Notes: generated by a model not told the origin, from the sequence alone. Shown: positions 1-10,717, counted from the whole stretch's first letter. The stretch: DNA of 62,471 nucleotides, filler included, from 7 parts of 7 records of this genome joined end to end with filler, not necessarily neighbours in it; one strand, 5' to 3'. Made by a program: numbers and translations.

Positions 1-237
1 TCCCAGGGAGGAGGAGAGGGACCGCACATTTCGGTTGGGTCATCGGGACCCGGAATTTAGGTGCGGCGACACCAGGGAGGAGGAGGGGTGCCGCCGCTTT
101 GTCTGCGGGTCAATTGGGAGGAGATCCCGCATTCAGTCGAGGCTTTCGCCCCTTTTGTTAGCGGCGCCGATCCTCAAGGGAGGAGGAGAGGATCGGCACC
201 AGTTCAGGCGGAGCTGGGAGGAGAACGCTCCGGCCTG
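1..237 (-). ncRNA. Cuckoo/CcsR-type tandem sRNA array in the 3' region of a DUF1127 gene (cut by the window edge)
   Basis: Five hairpins at about 1-21 (partial), 63-97, 104-131, 164-199 and 205-237, each exposing CUCCUCCC on the minus strand, directly after the DUF1127 stop; same layout as Rhodobacter ccaF1-CcsR. Confidence 0.85.
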
Positions 238-242
238 TATTC

Positions 243-461
243 TCAGATTTCGTTGGCCGCCTGCCAGGAGATGCGACCGATTTCACTGCGCGCCAGACCA
301 AGATCGGCAAGGTCACGGTTGCTGAGCGATGCCAGCTCATTATAGGTTTCGCGGTAGACTTTGCGGCGCGCGGCGCGGGCCTGCAGGGCCTCTACCAAAT
401 TGGCAAATCGTGCGCCCAAACCGCCGTGGGCTTTGGTGATGTTCGCAGTTGCAAGTGCCAT
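243..461 (-). CDS. DUF1127 small Arg-rich RNA-binding protein (CcaF1-like)
   Basis: 72 aa with RRKVYRETYNELASLSNRDLADLGLARSEI signature; GAGG RBS upstream. Confidence 0.9.
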   Translation of the reverse strand: MALATANITKAHGGLGARFANLVEALQARAARRKVYRETYNELASLSNRDLADLGLARSEIGRISWQAANEI

Positions 462-503
462 TGTTTCGGTGCCTCAGTGTTTGTGTTCGTTTGGTTGCGC
501 TAA

Positions 504-531
504 ACATGAGGCAAATGCTGCAGCTGCACAA
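504..531 (-). promoter_or_regulatory. Putative RpoH-type promoter of the DUF1127-sRNA operon
   Basis: Minus strand TTG-N17-CCTCATGT; the Rhodobacter homologous operon is RpoHI/II dependent. Confidence 0.5.
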
Positions 532-553
532 TGGACGGATAGGCAATGCCGCC

Positions 554-568
554 ATGCAGAAATTGCAT
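554..568. promoter_or_regulatory. LysR-type palindrome ATGC-N7-GCAT
   Basis: ATGCAGAAATTGCAT (T-N11-A) just upstream of the putative promoter. Confidence 0.45.
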
Positions 569-683
569 ATGAATGATGTTCATTTTTTCGTCGAGCGCCC
601 TATGGATGCGCAAAATGATGGATGTGGGTTGTGTTGCCGTGGCGTCATCGCCACCCGAAATGGAATGTAAACGAGGAAGAATC

Positions 684-1748
684 ATGTCTGAGGTCAAGAC
701 AGCCGTCGAAACAGTGCTGAAACAGGTGGAATTGCCGGATGGTGGAAACCTGATTTCCAGAGACATGATTCGAGCCTTGCGGGTGGATGACGGGGTTGTG
801 CGCTTTGTCATTGAGGCGCCAAGCGCCGAGTCGGCCAAACGGATGGAGCCGTTGCGGCAGGTGGCAGAGCGGGCGGCGGCCTCTGTCGCTGGTGTGACCT
901 CTGCCAGTGCGGTGCTCAGCGCGCCGACCGCCGGCAAAGCGCCGCCGCAATTGAAGGTGGGCGGTCATGCCAAACCGCAAGAGGGCGTAATGAAGCCCGC
1001 AGGCGTCAAGACGATCCTTGCCATTGGGTCGGGCAAGGGCGGTGTCGGCAAATCCACAGTTTCGGCCAATCTCGCGGTGGCGCTGGCGCGGGCGGGCAAA
1101 CGGGTGGGCCTGTTGGATGCGGATATTCATGGCCCCAGTCAGCCGCGCATGTTCGGATTGACCGCAAAACCTGCCAGCCCGGACGGCAAGACGATCATCC
1201 CGCTGGAGGCGCATGGCGTCACGGTCATGTCGATCGGGTCGATGCTGGCCGAGGATAAGGCGGTGGTCTGGCGCGGGCCGATGCTGATGGGGGCGTTGCA
1301 GCAGATGCTGATGCAGGTGGATTGGGGCATCAAGGATGTGCTGATTGTCGACCTGCCGCCGGGCACCGGGGATGTGCAACTGTCGTTGTGTCAGAAATCT
1401 GAGGTGGCGGGGGCGATTGTGGTCTCGACTCCGCAAGATGTGGCGTTGCTGGATGCGCGCAAGGCGCTGGATGCGTTTGCGACGCTGAACACGCCAGTGT
1501 TGGGGCTGATCGAGAACATGGCGGTGTTCACCTGCCCGCATTGCGGCAAGGACAGTCATATCTTTGGTCATGGTGGTGTGGTGACAGAGGCCGAGAAGAT
1601 GGGACTGCCGCTGTTGGCGCAGTTGCCAATTGATCTGGACACCCGGCTGGGCGGCGACGGCGGTCAGCCGATTGCACTGGGCGATAGTGCGATGGCGCAG
1701 TCCTATGCGCAGCTGGCGGATCGGTTGATCAAAGGCGGGATCGTTTGA
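684..1748 (+). CDS. apbC: Mrp/NBP35 Fe-S cluster carrier ATPase (ApbC)
   Basis: [32 protein letters not shown] and CPHC motifs; GAGGA RBS before ATG 684. Confidence 0.93.
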   Translation: MSEVKTAVETVLKQVELPDGGNLISRDMIRALRVDDGVVRFVIEAPSAESAKRMEPLRQVAERAAASVAGVTSASAVLSAPTAGKAPPQLKVGGHAKPQEGVMKPAGVKTILAIGSGKGGVGKSTVSANLAVALARAGKRVGLLDADIHGPSQPRMFGLTAKPASPDGKTIIPLEAHGVTVMSIGSMLAEDKAVVWRGPMLMGALQQMLMQVDWGIKDVLIVDLPPGTGDVQLSLCQKSEVAGAIVVSTPQDVALLDARKALDAFATLNTPVLGLIENMAVFTCPHCGKDSHIFGHGGVVTEAEKMGLPLLAQLPIDLDTRLGGDGGQPIALGDSAMAQSYAQLADRLIKGGIV

Positions 1749-1879
1749 TCCCTGCCGGGCGGGATCGTCTGATCGCTGCCGGTGCTGGCGCGCCTGCGGC
1801 GCGGGTTTGGGTATTTGGACAAAGAAGAAGCCGGGGCGGGGCCTGTTGGTCCCGTCCGTTGCATTTTGGGCGGAGGGTG

Positions 1880-3028
1880 TCAGGCCGCCTTTTGCAGGTG
1901 CAGGAACAGGTCGGTGATCAGGGCCGCCGGGTCGATGTTCACGGCGCGGGCGTGGCGGGCGCGGTCGCTAGCCTCTTGTGAGACATTGGCCCAACGGCGG
2001 CCCGCTGCGGGATCGGGGGCGAGGCGGGTCAGCATATCGCCCTCTCCGCTCATGATTTCGGGAGGGGGGCAGCCGGTGACGCCGGTGCGTGCGAGGCGGG
2101 CGGCCAGTTGGTCGGCCAGCGTCAGCACCAGATCAAGGCGCGATTCCTTTCCCTTGCCCGCGCAGCTGTCCGCCAATGACAGCAGGGCGGCGCGGTCGAG
2201 GGCGGGCAGGCCGGAAAGCAGTTTCAGGATTTCGCGATACAGAGCCAGCCCGTCGAAGGTCAGCAGGCGCATGGCCGCGCCGACGGACCCTTCGGCAAGG
2301 GTGGTCAGGGGAGCGACGTCATTGGCGGCGACCTCTGCCCCGGCTTGGGCCAGTGCTTGAGCCATGTCCTCCGGGGGCAGTGGGGCAAGGCGCAGGGTGC
2401 GGCAACGGGAGCGGATTGTGGGCAGCAGGCGGGCGGGTTGGTGGCTGAGCAGCAAGAGCGTGGTGCGGGCGGGCGGCTCTTCGAGCATTTTCAGCAGGGC
2501 GTTGGCGGCCTGATTGGTCATCTCATCGGCGCTGTCGACGATGACGACGCGGCGCCCGCCATCCGCCGCCGAGAGGCCGAAGAACGCGTTGAGCTTGCGG
2601 ATTTCATCGACGCGGATAACGTCAGAGAAGCGGCCCTCTTTCAGCGCCTTGTCGCGTTCCGTGTCGGTGGAGCCGGCGCCGCCTCGGCGCAGCAGGAACA
2701 GGCCGGGTTCCGACAGGGCCAGCATCCGGCGGGCGACGGGGTGTTCGGGGTCGATATGCAGGGTGTCGGGCGGGGGCGGCGCACCGAAGAGGCCGTCACC
2801 CTCATCCGGGGGCGTCGCCAGAAGAAAGCGTGCGATTTCCCATGCCAGAGTCGCCTTGCCGGTGCCGCGCGGTCCGGTCAGCAGCCAGCCGTGGTGCAGG
2901 CGGCCCGAGGTGTAGGCGGTCAGAAAGGTCTGCTCTGCCTCGGATTGGCCGATGACGCGCGCGGTTTCGCGCGGGTGCGGCGCGCCGGTCAGGCGGTCCG
3001 GTTCGGGCAGGTCGGCGAGGTCACTCAT
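1880..3028 (-). CDS. holB: DNA polymerase III subunit delta prime
   Basis: HGWLLTGPRGTGKATLA, AANALLKMLEEPP, TIRSRC; follows tmk with ATGA overlap. Confidence 0.93.
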   Translation of the reverse strand: MSDLADLPEPDRLTGAPHPRETARVIGQSEAEQTFLTAYTSGRLHHGWLLTGPRGTGKATLAWEIARFLLATPPDEGDGLFGAPPPPDTLHIDPEHPVARRMLALSEPGLFLLRRGGAGSTDTERDKALKEGRFSDVIRVDEIRKLNAFFGLSAADGGRRVVIVDSADEMTNQAANALLKMLEEPPARTTLLLLSHQPARLLPTIRSRCRTLRLAPLPPEDMAQALAQAGAEVAANDVAPLTTLAEGSVGAAMRLLTFDGLALYREILKLLSGLPALDRAALLSLADSCAGKGKESRLDLVLTLADQLAARLARTGVTGCPPPEIMSGEGDMLTRLAPDPAAGRRWANVSQEASDRARHARAVNIDPAALITDLFLHLQKAA

Positions 3029-3672
3029 GCCGGGCACGCGGGCAGGTAGGGGGTGACGGTATCGAGGATTTCTGTCGCGACGGTGGTGATGTCGCGGTTG
3101 CCGTCGATCACGCGAAAGCGGTCGGGGTGATCCTGCGCCAGAGCCAGAAAGCCGTCGCGCATCTGTTGTTGCAGGGCGAGGCCAAAGTCCTCGAACCGTT
3201 CTTCATCGGTGGCGCGCGCCTTGGCGCGGGAGAGGCCTGCATCGGCAGGCATGTCCACCAATAGGGTCAGATCCGGCTCAACCCCGATCATCAGGTTGTG
3301 CAGGGCGTCGACCTTGTCGCGCAGGCCGCCTCGGCCCTGATACATGCGGGTCGAGTCGGCAAAACGGTCGCAGATCACAACGCGGCCCGCGTCCAGCGCG
3401 GGTCGGATGACCCGTTCAAGGTGATCGCGGCGCGCGGCGGTGAACAGCAGCAATTCGGTTTCGGCGGACCAGCGATCCGGGTCGCCCTGCAGGACCAGCG
3501 CGCGGATTTCCTCTGCCCCCGGGCTGCCGCCGGGTTCGCGGGTCAGGACGGGGTCCAGCCCCCGATTGCGCAGGGTTTCGGACAGGCGGCGGGCCTGGGT
3601 GGATTTACCAGAGCCGTCGATGCCCTCAAAACTGATGAAAAGGCCCGGCCAAGGCCTGTTCGTCTCATTCAC
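3025..3672 (-). CDS. tmk: Thymidylate kinase
   Basis: FEGIDGSGKSTQ, TREPGG and CDRFADST motifs. Confidence 0.95.
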   Translation of the reverse strand: MNETNRPWPGLFISFEGIDGSGKSTQARRLSETLRNRGLDPVLTREPGGSPGAEEIRALVLQGDPDRWSAETELLLFTAARRDHLERVIRPALDAGRVVICDRFADSTRMYQGRGGLRDKVDALHNLMIGVEPDLTLLVDMPADAGLSRAKARATDEERFEDFGLALQQQMRDGFLALAQDHPDRFRVIDGNRDITTVATEILDTVTPYLPACPA

Positions 3673-4835
3673 ATTGCGTCCCCGGCGTCTTCGGAAAAGC
3701 GTTTGATCAGCAGGCTGCTGACGGTCATGATCCGGTCGACAAAGCCGCCTGCATCTACCTTTTCGGCGGCGACCAGCGGCACGCGTGTTTCGGGCAGACC
3801 TTCGGGTTGGATGATCAATTCGGCCAGTTTCTGACCTTTGGCCACAGGGGCCTCGATCGGGCCGGTATAGACCACTTCGGCCTTGATGCCGCCCGCTGTC
3901 ATGGTGGGCAGCAGCAGGGTCACATCCTTTTCAGCGACAAGATGCACCTCATCGGCGGAGCCCATCCAGACCTCGGCGGTGGCGACGCTTTTGTCCTTGG
4001 TCACAACCGTCTGTTCGGCAAATTGGCGAAAGGCCCAGTTGACGATGGCCTCTGCCTCTTCGGCGCGGGCGCGGGTGCTGTCCAATCCGGTGATGGCAAA
4101 GACCACGCGGCGGTTGCCGTTGGTGGCACTGCCAACAAGGCCATAGCCCGCCTCTTGGGTGTGGCCGGTTTTCAGCCCGTCCGCGCCGATGCCCAGCCCC
4201 AACAGCGGGTTGCGGTTGTTGACGTTCGACGGCGCGCGGCCGTCAAACTCGAAAACCCGTTCCGAGAACATCGGATAAAACTCGGGGAAATCGGAGATGA
4301 TGAGATTGGCCAGCAAGACCAGATCGCGCATCGACATGGCGTGCCCCTGCGCGGGCCAACCAGAGGCGTTCTTGAAGGTTGAGGAAGTCATGCCAAGCTG
4401 TTGCGCGCGCTGAGTCATAAGACGGGCAAAGCCGCCCTCTGTGCCGTCGGGAGACAGCGCCTCTGCCAGCACGACACAGGCATCGTTGCCGGACAGGACA
4501 ATGACGCCGCGCAGAAGGTCCTCGACCTTGACCCGGTCGGTGGTGTCCAGAAACATGGTCGAGCCGCCAAAGGACATGGCGTGGGCCGAGACCGGCAACC
4601 GTTCGTCCCGTTGCAGGCGGCCATCGCGGAGTGCCTCAAACGCGATGTAAAGTGTCATGAGCTTTGACATGGACGCGGGCGGCAGCGCCTGATCGGCCTC
4701 TTTGGTCAGCAAGACCGTGCCGGTGGTCTGATCCAGCACAAAGGCGGCCCTTGCGCGTGTGTCAAAGGCCATGGACGCCGTGGCGGCAAAGACCAGTGCT
4801 GTGGCGGCCAGGAGGCTGCGGGACATGATGCTCAT
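3669..4835 (-). CDS. D-alanyl-D-alanine carboxypeptidase (PBP5/6 family)
   Basis: Signal peptide; SMSK (SxxK), SGN and KTG motifs; PBP5 C-terminal domain. Confidence 0.92.
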   Translation of the reverse strand: MSIMSRSLLAATALVFAATASMAFDTRARAAFVLDQTTGTVLLTKEADQALPPASMSKLMTLYIAFEALRDGRLQRDERLPVSAHAMSFGGSTMFLDTTDRVKVEDLLRGVIVLSGNDACVVLAEALSPDGTEGGFARLMTQRAQQLGMTSSTFKNASGWPAQGHAMSMRDLVLLANLIISDFPEFYPMFSERVFEFDGRAPSNVNNRNPLLGLGIGADGLKTGHTQEAGYGLVGSATNGNRRVVFAITGLDSTRARAEEAEAIVNWAFRQFAEQTVVTKDKSVATAEVWMGSADEVHLVAEKDVTLLLPTMTAGGIKAEVVYTGPIEAPVAKGQKLAELIIQPEGLPETRVPLVAAEKVDAGGFVDRIMTVSSLLIKRFSEDAGDAM

Positions 4836-5015
4836 GGATACCCCTTTGAGTCGGTTGTGCGTCACCCTTGGCGCTTATCGCCCATGTGGCGCGCGCTGTC
4901 ATCCCGATGGGTGGTCAATCGGTGGGGATTTGCGCGCAAGAGCCCGCGCCGGGGGGCTGGTGCGTGTTCCTTTGCCCCAGCCGCCTTAGGGCGCAGGTGC
5001 TTCAATCCCGGTCCG

Positions 5016-5911
5016 TCACCCTTTTTCCAGTAGCCGTTCGATCGATCCCAGCAGTTCCACCCGCGGGACCGGCTTCATCAGGCGGATATCGTCGGCCCGC
5101 AGGCCATTGCCGTGCACTGTTGCCTCACTGGCGTAGCCAGACATGAAAATGACCGGTAGGTCGGCCTCGAGCGCCCGGCAGGCGCGGGCAAGGTCCGGGC
5201 CGCGCATCTCTCCGGGTATGACCACATCCGTGAGCAGCAAATCATAGGATCTGTTTGCCTTGAACAGGTCATAGGCATCCTGTCCATTGGTGGCCGCATC
5301 GACCGTGTAACCGGCAGAGGTCAAGGTGCGCACGATCATCGAGAGCACCTCTAGTTGATCCTCGGCGATCAGAATCCGCGCCAGCCCGGTTGCCTCTGGC
5401 TGCCCGCTGTCGGGGGGGGCGGATTGCGCAACCGGCTCTGCCTGATCCGGGGAATCGAGCGCGGGGAAGAACATCTTGATGCTGGTCCCAACGTCGATCT
5501 CGGAATAGATCCGGACAAATCCACGGCTTTGTTTGACAAACCCCTGAACCATGGAAAGTCCAAGACCGCTGCCGACGGAGCTGTCCTTGCTCGAGACAAA
5601 GGGTTCGAACACGGTTGGCAAAAGATCCTCGGGGATGCCAGTGCCGGTGTCTGTGACCGCCAGCATCACATACCTGCCGGGCGGCACGTCTTCTTCGCGG
5701 TCGATGATATAGTCGGAATCGATGCGGACATTACTGGTTTCGATGGTCAGTTTGCCACCGTCGGGCATGGCGTCGCGGGCATTGACGACGGTGTTGACCA
5801 GCGCGCTTTGCAGGCTGGCCGGGTCCAGTTCGGCCTGCCAGAGCCCGTGTTGCAGATTGGTTTCCATTTCGATGCTGGTCGGGATCGCGCGGGCCAGCCA
5901 CGCCTCGGTTT
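5016..5911 (-). CDS. Hybrid sensor histidine kinase/response regulator, 3' part (5' end lost at contig edge)
   Basis: VNARDAMPDGG, DTGTGI and GSGLGL HATPase boxes, then a receiver domain (AEDQ, LLTDVVIPG, FMSGY, LMKP). Confidence 0.88.
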
Positions 5912-6011
5912 NNNNNNNNNNNNNNNNNNNNNNNNNNNNNNNNNNNNNNNNNNNNTTAATTAATTAANNNNNNNNNNNNNNNNNNNNNNNNNNNNNNNNN
6001 NNNNNNNNNNN
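5912..6011. other. Artificial contig linker
   Basis: N-run, TTAATTAATTAA (stops in all frames), N-run. Confidence 0.98.
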
Positions 6012-6167
6012 ATCGAGGATCAGCCGCAGGATCGTTGATTTGCCGACACCTGACCGCCCCAAAAGGCACGTCCATTGCGCGCCGGGGATCTGCAGATCCG
6101 CGTTGAACAGAACCCGGTCACCGATCCGGTGCTGGCCCTTCAACGTGATCCCCGGCGATGTATTCAT
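6012..6167 (-). CDS. ABC transporter ATP-binding protein, 5' fragment (ThiZ-like)
   Basis: Walker A GRSGVGKST; overlaps the tenA stop; cut by linker. Confidence 0.75.
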
Positions 6168-6844
6168 GCGCCGTTCAGTCCCATTTGCCAGAATCCGACT
6201 TCCAGTTTCGTCGCTTTGCCAAACCTGCCCCGCAGGGTTTCGGCACGCGGCGACTGCGACAAATCACCGATCCGGCGCGCAACGGCATTGTCGATCATGG
6301 CACCAACATTGGCACAAACCGCCTGATAGCCGGGGTCCGCATAGGTCGCAATCCAGGCGGCATAGGGCGTGTCGCGGGTTTTGCAGCGCGCCAACCGCAA
6401 ACCGATTTCGCCGTACCCCATGACGCAAGGCGCCAATGCCGCCATGAGATCCAGAAAGTCGCCTTGAACCCCCGCGTCCATCACGTAACGCGTGTAGGCC
6501 AGATTTTCGACAGCTTCCGGGGCGGCGAACAATGTAGCCTCGTCAATGCCTTCAGCGGCGCATGTCTTGACATGCAGCGACATCTCTTGATTGACCAATG
6601 CGTCGACCGTTCCGGCGCAAATCTTCATTTCCTCAAGGGTTTCGGATTTGACCACGGCCAGCGACCACGCGCGGGCAAAATGGATCAGAAAAACATAGTC
6701 CTGGATCAGGTAGTGCAGGAATGCAGCGCGCGGCAGGGTGCCGTCACCCAGCCCCTCGACAAAGGCGTGATGCGTGTAGTCGCGCCATGCGTCACCGGCC
6801 CCCGCACGCCACAGCGCGAAGGTTTTTCCATAATCGGGCACCAT
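6164..6844 (-). CDS. tenA: Thiaminase II / aminopyrimidine aminohydrolase
   Basis: YLIQDYVFL, PCVMGY (catalytic Cys), WIATY, LEVGFW. Confidence 0.9.
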   Translation of the reverse strand: MVPDYGKTFALWRAGAGDAWRDYTHHAFVEGLGDGTLPRAAFLHYLIQDYVFLIHFARAWSLAVVKSETLEEMKICAGTVDALVNQEMSLHVKTCAAEGIDEATLFAAPEAVENLAYTRYVMDAGVQGDFLDLMAALAPCVMGYGEIGLRLARCKTRDTPYAAWIATYADPGYQAVCANVGAMIDNAVARRIGDLSQSPRAETLRGRFGKATKLEVGFWQMGLNGA

Positions 6845-7782
6845 CAGTTCGCCGTCACGTCGATGGCGATCTTCGACACGGGGTTTTGCGACGGGATCAG
6901 ACCAACCTCATGCAGGAACGCCTCAAACGTGGCATAGCGACCTTCGTCCATGGCTGTCGGACGCAGAGCAAAGCGTGGCAAGGTATCGACCCATGCCTTG
7001 GCATTCAGAGCGTCCTGCAACTCGGCAGAGGTAGCCGAAAAGACTTCCCAGCTCTTTTCGGGGTTGTTCACGATGTACTGCGTCGCCTTTTCGGTCGCGG
7101 CCAGAAAGCGCGCAATCATGTCCTTGTCCATCGTCCCGGAGTTGGCGACATAGATCAGTTCATCATAAGACGGCAGGCCCTCTTCTTCGACAAAAAAGCA
7201 ATTGCCCTCGACGCCTTCGATTTCCATCTGATTGAGTTCAAAGTTGCGATATGCGCCGATGACCGCATCGACCTGACCAGACATCAAGGACGGGGATAGT
7301 GACCAGTTTACGTTGACCAGTTCCACATCATCCAACGACAAGCCGTGGTGGCGCAGGATCGTGCCCAAAACCACCTCTTCAACTCCGCCGACAGAAAAGC
7401 CAACCTTTTTACCTGCCAAATCGGCAGGGGATTGGACCGGGCCGTCAGCGAGGGCCAGAAGACAATTCAACGGTGTGGCGATCAAGGTGCCGACACGTTG
7501 CAAGGGCAGGCCCTCATGGATCTGCAAGTGCAGCTGTGGTTGATAGGATACCGCCAGATCGGCCTGTCCGGCAGCCACAAGTTTTGGCGGATCGGAGGGA
7601 TCGGCGGGGGCGATGATGTCAACTTCCAGATCCTGATCCGCGAAATAGCCCAGTTCCTGCGCCACTATGATCGGCCCATGATCGGGGTTGATGAACCAAT
7701 CAAGCAGAACGGTCATCTGATCGGCGGCCATCAGCGGCGAGGCCGCAAAGGAAAATGCGACGGTCAATTGGGTCAGTTTCAT
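6844..7782 (-). CDS. NMT1/THI5-family (ThiY-like) ABC substrate-binding protein
   Basis: Signal peptide; LDWFINPDH, AVSYQP, YRNFE; inside thi operon. Confidence 0.88.
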   Translation of the reverse strand: MKLTQLTVAFSFAASPLMAADQMTVLLDWFINPDHGPIIVAQELGYFADQDLEVDIIAPADPSDPPKLVAAGQADLAVSYQPQLHLQIHEGLPLQRVGTLIATPLNCLLALADGPVQSPADLAGKKVGFSVGGVEEVVLGTILRHHGLSLDDVELVNVNWSLSPSLMSGQVDAVIGAYRNFELNQMEIEGVEGNCFFVEEEGLPSYDELIYVANSGTMDKDMIARFLAATEKATQYIVNNPEKSWEVFSATSAELQDALNAKAWVDTLPRFALRPTAMDEGRYATFEAFLHEVGLIPSQNPVSKIAIDVTAN

Positions 7783-8774
7783 ATCGGCTGTCTTTCGGTT
7801 GGAGGGGGGTTGCCCATTGCAATTAGGGTGATGTCCCCGCCCCAATAGGAGCGGAGGTGACGGGCGGCTTGCCAGGCGCGCAAACCGGAACGGCATGCAA
7901 AGACCGCGCGTTGATCTACGTCTGGGGTTGGTCGTTGATCGGCGAACTGCGCGACGGTAAGCCGCCGCGCCTCTGCGCTCACCGGGGTCACGGCTTCTTC
8001 CGCATCGCGTAGCTCGACGACAAAATCGCGGGCATTGACCTGCGAGGGCGCGATAAACCTGAAATCAGGTTCGGGTTCCGGTGCTGTGTCGAACCGGAAT
8101 CCGCTGGACCGGAAAGTCTGCATGTCAAAGCGGATCAACTGGCCCAGGGGGGATGGTTTCTGGCCGATCAGGTAGGCCAATGCCATCTGCGCCTGAGCGG
8201 CCCCGATCATGCCGACAACCGGCCCCATGACCCCGGCTGTTGCACAGTTTTCCGCGCGATCCGGCAGGTCGGGGAACAGCGCGCGCAGCGATGGTGACAT
8301 CTGGCAAAAGCCACCCACATAGCCGCCGAACCTCAAGACGGATGCGCTGATCAGGGGGACGCCCAGTGCCTTGCAGGTATCGGACAGGATATAACTGGTG
8401 GCAAAGCTGTCGGCGCAATCCAGAACAAGCGTGGCCCGAGATACAAGTGTTTTCGCATTGGCAGGGTCCAGCGGAGTCTCAACAGTGTCGATCGCGCAGG
8501 CACCATTCAATGCCCGCAGGGTTTGCGCTGCAACAATGGCTTTGGATTGACCAACATCTGCCTCTCGAAACAGGGTCTGCCGGTGCAGGTTGGAAAGGGA
8601 AATCACATCGCCATCCACCAGGGTCAGTCGGCCAACGCCTGCGCCCACCAGATACTGCAATGCGGGTGCCCCCAGGCCGCCGACACCAATCACCACAACA
8701 TGTGCAGCCTGAATTGCCGCCTGCCCCGCAGCGCCCACCTCGGGCATGGAAATCTGGCGCGCATATCGGCTCAT
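7779..8774 (-). CDS. thiF: ThiF/MoeB-family adenylyltransferase with C-terminal rhodanese-like domain
   Basis: SRYARQ, GVGGLG, SNLHRQ, DCADS; C-terminal CRSGLRA. Confidence 0.85.
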   Translation of the reverse strand: MSRYARQISMPEVGAAGQAAIQAAHVVVIGVGGLGAPALQYLVGAGVGRLTLVDGDVISLSNLHRQTLFREADVGQSKAIVAAQTLRALNGACAIDTVETPLDPANAKTLVSRATLVLDCADSFATSYILSDTCKALGVPLISASVLRFGGYVGGFCQMSPSLRALFPDLPDRAENCATAGVMGPVVGMIGAAQAQMALAYLIGQKPSPLGQLIRFDMQTFRSSGFRFDTAPEPEPDFRFIAPSQVNARDFVVELRDAEEAVTPVSAEARRLTVAQFADQRPTPDVDQRAVFACRSGLRAWQAARHLRSYWGGDITLIAMGNPPPTERQPI

Positions 8775-9367
8775 CGGGTCACCCTCAGCCATGCGCGGAC
8801 ACGGTCCTCCGGGCTTGGGTTCAAGGTGATGTCCGTGACAGCGGCGACCACATCTGCGCCAGCATCAAACGCCCCTTGCGCCCGGTCGACTGACATGCCC
8901 CCGATTGCGATCAAGGGTATTTCACCGATCAGCTCGCGCCAGGTGGTCAGCTTTGCCAGACCCTGCTCATGCCATTTCATCTTCTTCAGGATGGTCGGGT
9001 AAATCGGCCCCAAGGCGATGTAATCAGGCGCAAGCGCCATCGCGCGCTTCAATTCCGCCTTGTCATGGGTGCTGATCCCAAGCCGCAGCTTTGCGGCGCG
9101 GATCGCAGGGATTTCAGCGTCATCAAGATCTTCCTGCCCAAGATGGATATAGTCGCAGCCCGCTTCAATCGCGGCCTGCCAGTAATCATTGATGATCAAT
9201 GTGCAGCCGTGCTGCGCACAGACCCGTTTTGCGCGTTGGATATTGTCGCGCAGCACATCAGGCGCTGCGTCCTTGATCCGCAGTTGCACAAGCTTGATCC
9301 CAAGCGGAACAAGCCGTTCGATCCAATCCGCGCTGTCGAAAATCGGATAAAAGCGATCCAGTGTCAT
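8771..9367 (-). CDS. thiE: Thiamine-phosphate synthase
   Basis: VQLRIKD, IINDYW, HLGQED, GISTH, AIGG. Confidence 0.92.
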   Translation of the reverse strand: MTLDRFYPIFDSADWIERLVPLGIKLVQLRIKDAAPDVLRDNIQRAKRVCAQHGCTLIINDYWQAAIEAGCDYIHLGQEDLDDAEIPAIRAAKLRLGISTHDKAELKRAMALAPDYIALGPIYPTILKKMKWHEQGLAKLTTWRELIGEIPLIAIGGMSVDRAQGAFDAGADVVAAVTDITLNPSPEDRVRAWLRVTR

Positions 9368-10137
9368 TGCAGGAACGCCTTTCCGATCACAGGGGTCGAC
9401 GGTGCCGCCATGTCACGCGGGCCCATCGGGTCGGCGGCATGGGCCTGCTGGCCGGCCTTGATGGCATTTGCAAACGCTTCTGCCATGGCTGCGGGGTCGC
9501 CTGCCTTGGCCACGGCGGTGTTCAGCAGTACCGCGTCAAAGCCCATCTCCATCGCGGCGGCGGCATGTGACGGCAGGCCAAGGCCCGCATCAATAACCAA
9601 TGGCACGTCAGGGAAATGCGCCCGCATGGCGCGCAGTCCAAAGAGATTGTTCAGCCCAAGACCCGACCCGATCGGCGCACCCCATGGCATCAAGACGTCG
9701 CAGCCCGCGTGCAGCAGCCTGTCGGCCACAACCAGATCTTCGGTGGTATAAGGAAACACCTGAAACCCGTCCTCGGAGAGAATGCGCGCAGCTTCGACAA
9801 GCCCGAACACGTCAGGTTGCAGCGTGTCCTCTTCGCCAATGACCTCCAGTTTGATCCATCTGGTATCAAACACCTCGCGCGCCATATGCGCGGTTGTCAC
9901 CGCCTCTTTGACACTGTGGCACCCGGCGGTGTTGGGCAGGATGTGCACGCCAAGTTGGCGGATCAGCTGCCAGAAATCCTGACCCGCGCGGTCCTGTCCG
10001 CTTTCCCGGCGCAAGGACACCGTCGCCACGCTGGCACCGCTGCGTTTGAACGCATCCGCCAGGATTGCAGGTGACGGATATTGCGCGGTCCCCAGCATGA
10101 GACCGTTCGCCAAGGTCGTGCCGTAAAAGTCAAACAT
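9364..10137 (-). CDS. thiG: Thiazole synthase
   Basis: [32 protein letters not shown]. Confidence 0.95.
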   Translation of the reverse strand: MFDFYGTTLANGLMLGTAQYPSPAILADAFKRSGASVATVSLRRESGQDRAGQDFWQLIRQLGVHILPNTAGCHSVKEAVTTAHMAREVFDTRWIKLEVIGEEDTLQPDVFGLVEAARILSEDGFQVFPYTTEDLVVADRLLHAGCDVLMPWGAPIGSGLGLNNLFGLRAMRAHFPDVPLVIDAGLGLPSHAAAAMEMGFDAVLLNTAVAKAGDPAAMAEAFANAIKAGQQAHAADPMGPRDMAAPSTPVIGKAFLQ

Positions 10138-10140
10138 GGC

Positions 10141-10275
10141 CTAACCCCCCTGCATCGGGGCCAGGATTTCGACGGCATCACCTGGCGCTAGGGCATGGTC
10201 AGCACGGGCCGGGGCGGGCACAAAAACGCCGTTCACAGCAGTGGCGACCTTGGCACCGCCATACCCTTCAGCCAA
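10141..10275 (-). CDS. thiS: Sulfur carrier protein ThiS, 3' part
   Basis: Reads VATAVNGVFVP...GDAVEILAPMQGG-stop, with C-terminal GG, directly upstream of thiG. Confidence 0.9.
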   Translation of the reverse strand: MAEGYGGAKVATAVNGVFVPAPARADHALAPGDAVEILAPMQGG

Positions 10276-10375
10276 NNNNNNNNNNNNNNNNNNNNNNNNN
10301 NNNNNNNNNNNNNNNNNNNTTAATTAATTAANNNNNNNNNNNNNNNNNNNNNNNNNNNNNNNNNNNNNNNNNNNN
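10276..10375. other. Artificial contig linker
   Basis: N-run/TTAATTAATTAA/N-run. Confidence 0.98.
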
Positions 10376-10717
10376 TTGTCGGGCAGCAGCTTCTTCTCGA
10401 TGGCCGAGGTGATGTAGTCCCGCTGGATCTTTTCCGTCATGTAGCCGTGCAGTGTCGGAAAGTGCGGATAGGTGGGTGTTGTCACGCGGCGTGTCCTTTG
10501 CCTGCCCGGCCCCCGCCGGGCGCCCGACCGGGAATTGCATTTCGGTTCGTCCGCCTATTTAGGAAAGAGCCGCCGGCAATACAATCGACCGCGCCGCCAC
10601 CCCGGCAGGCGGTGAACGGCGACATGAAAGCGCATCGGCCTTTTGACCATGGCCTTGGCCGCCGTCAGGGTTCAAGCTGCCGCCAGACGATTCCAGCGCA
10701 GGGGCGGGACACACGCA

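Noticed and set aside
1-237. Repeated GGGAGGAG units as a CRISPR array
   Set aside because: Conserved parts are short loops inside variable stems, spacing is irregular and no cas genes are present; cuckoo sRNAs explain it.
1749-1879. mrp-holB intergenic motif GGGTATTTGGACAAAGAAGAAG as a dispersed repeat
   Set aside because: Only one copy in the window, so repeat status cannot be supported.
10376-10440. 5' fragment MTEKIQRDYITSAIEKKLLPD on the minus strand
   Set aside because: Probably a real gene start but too short to assign.
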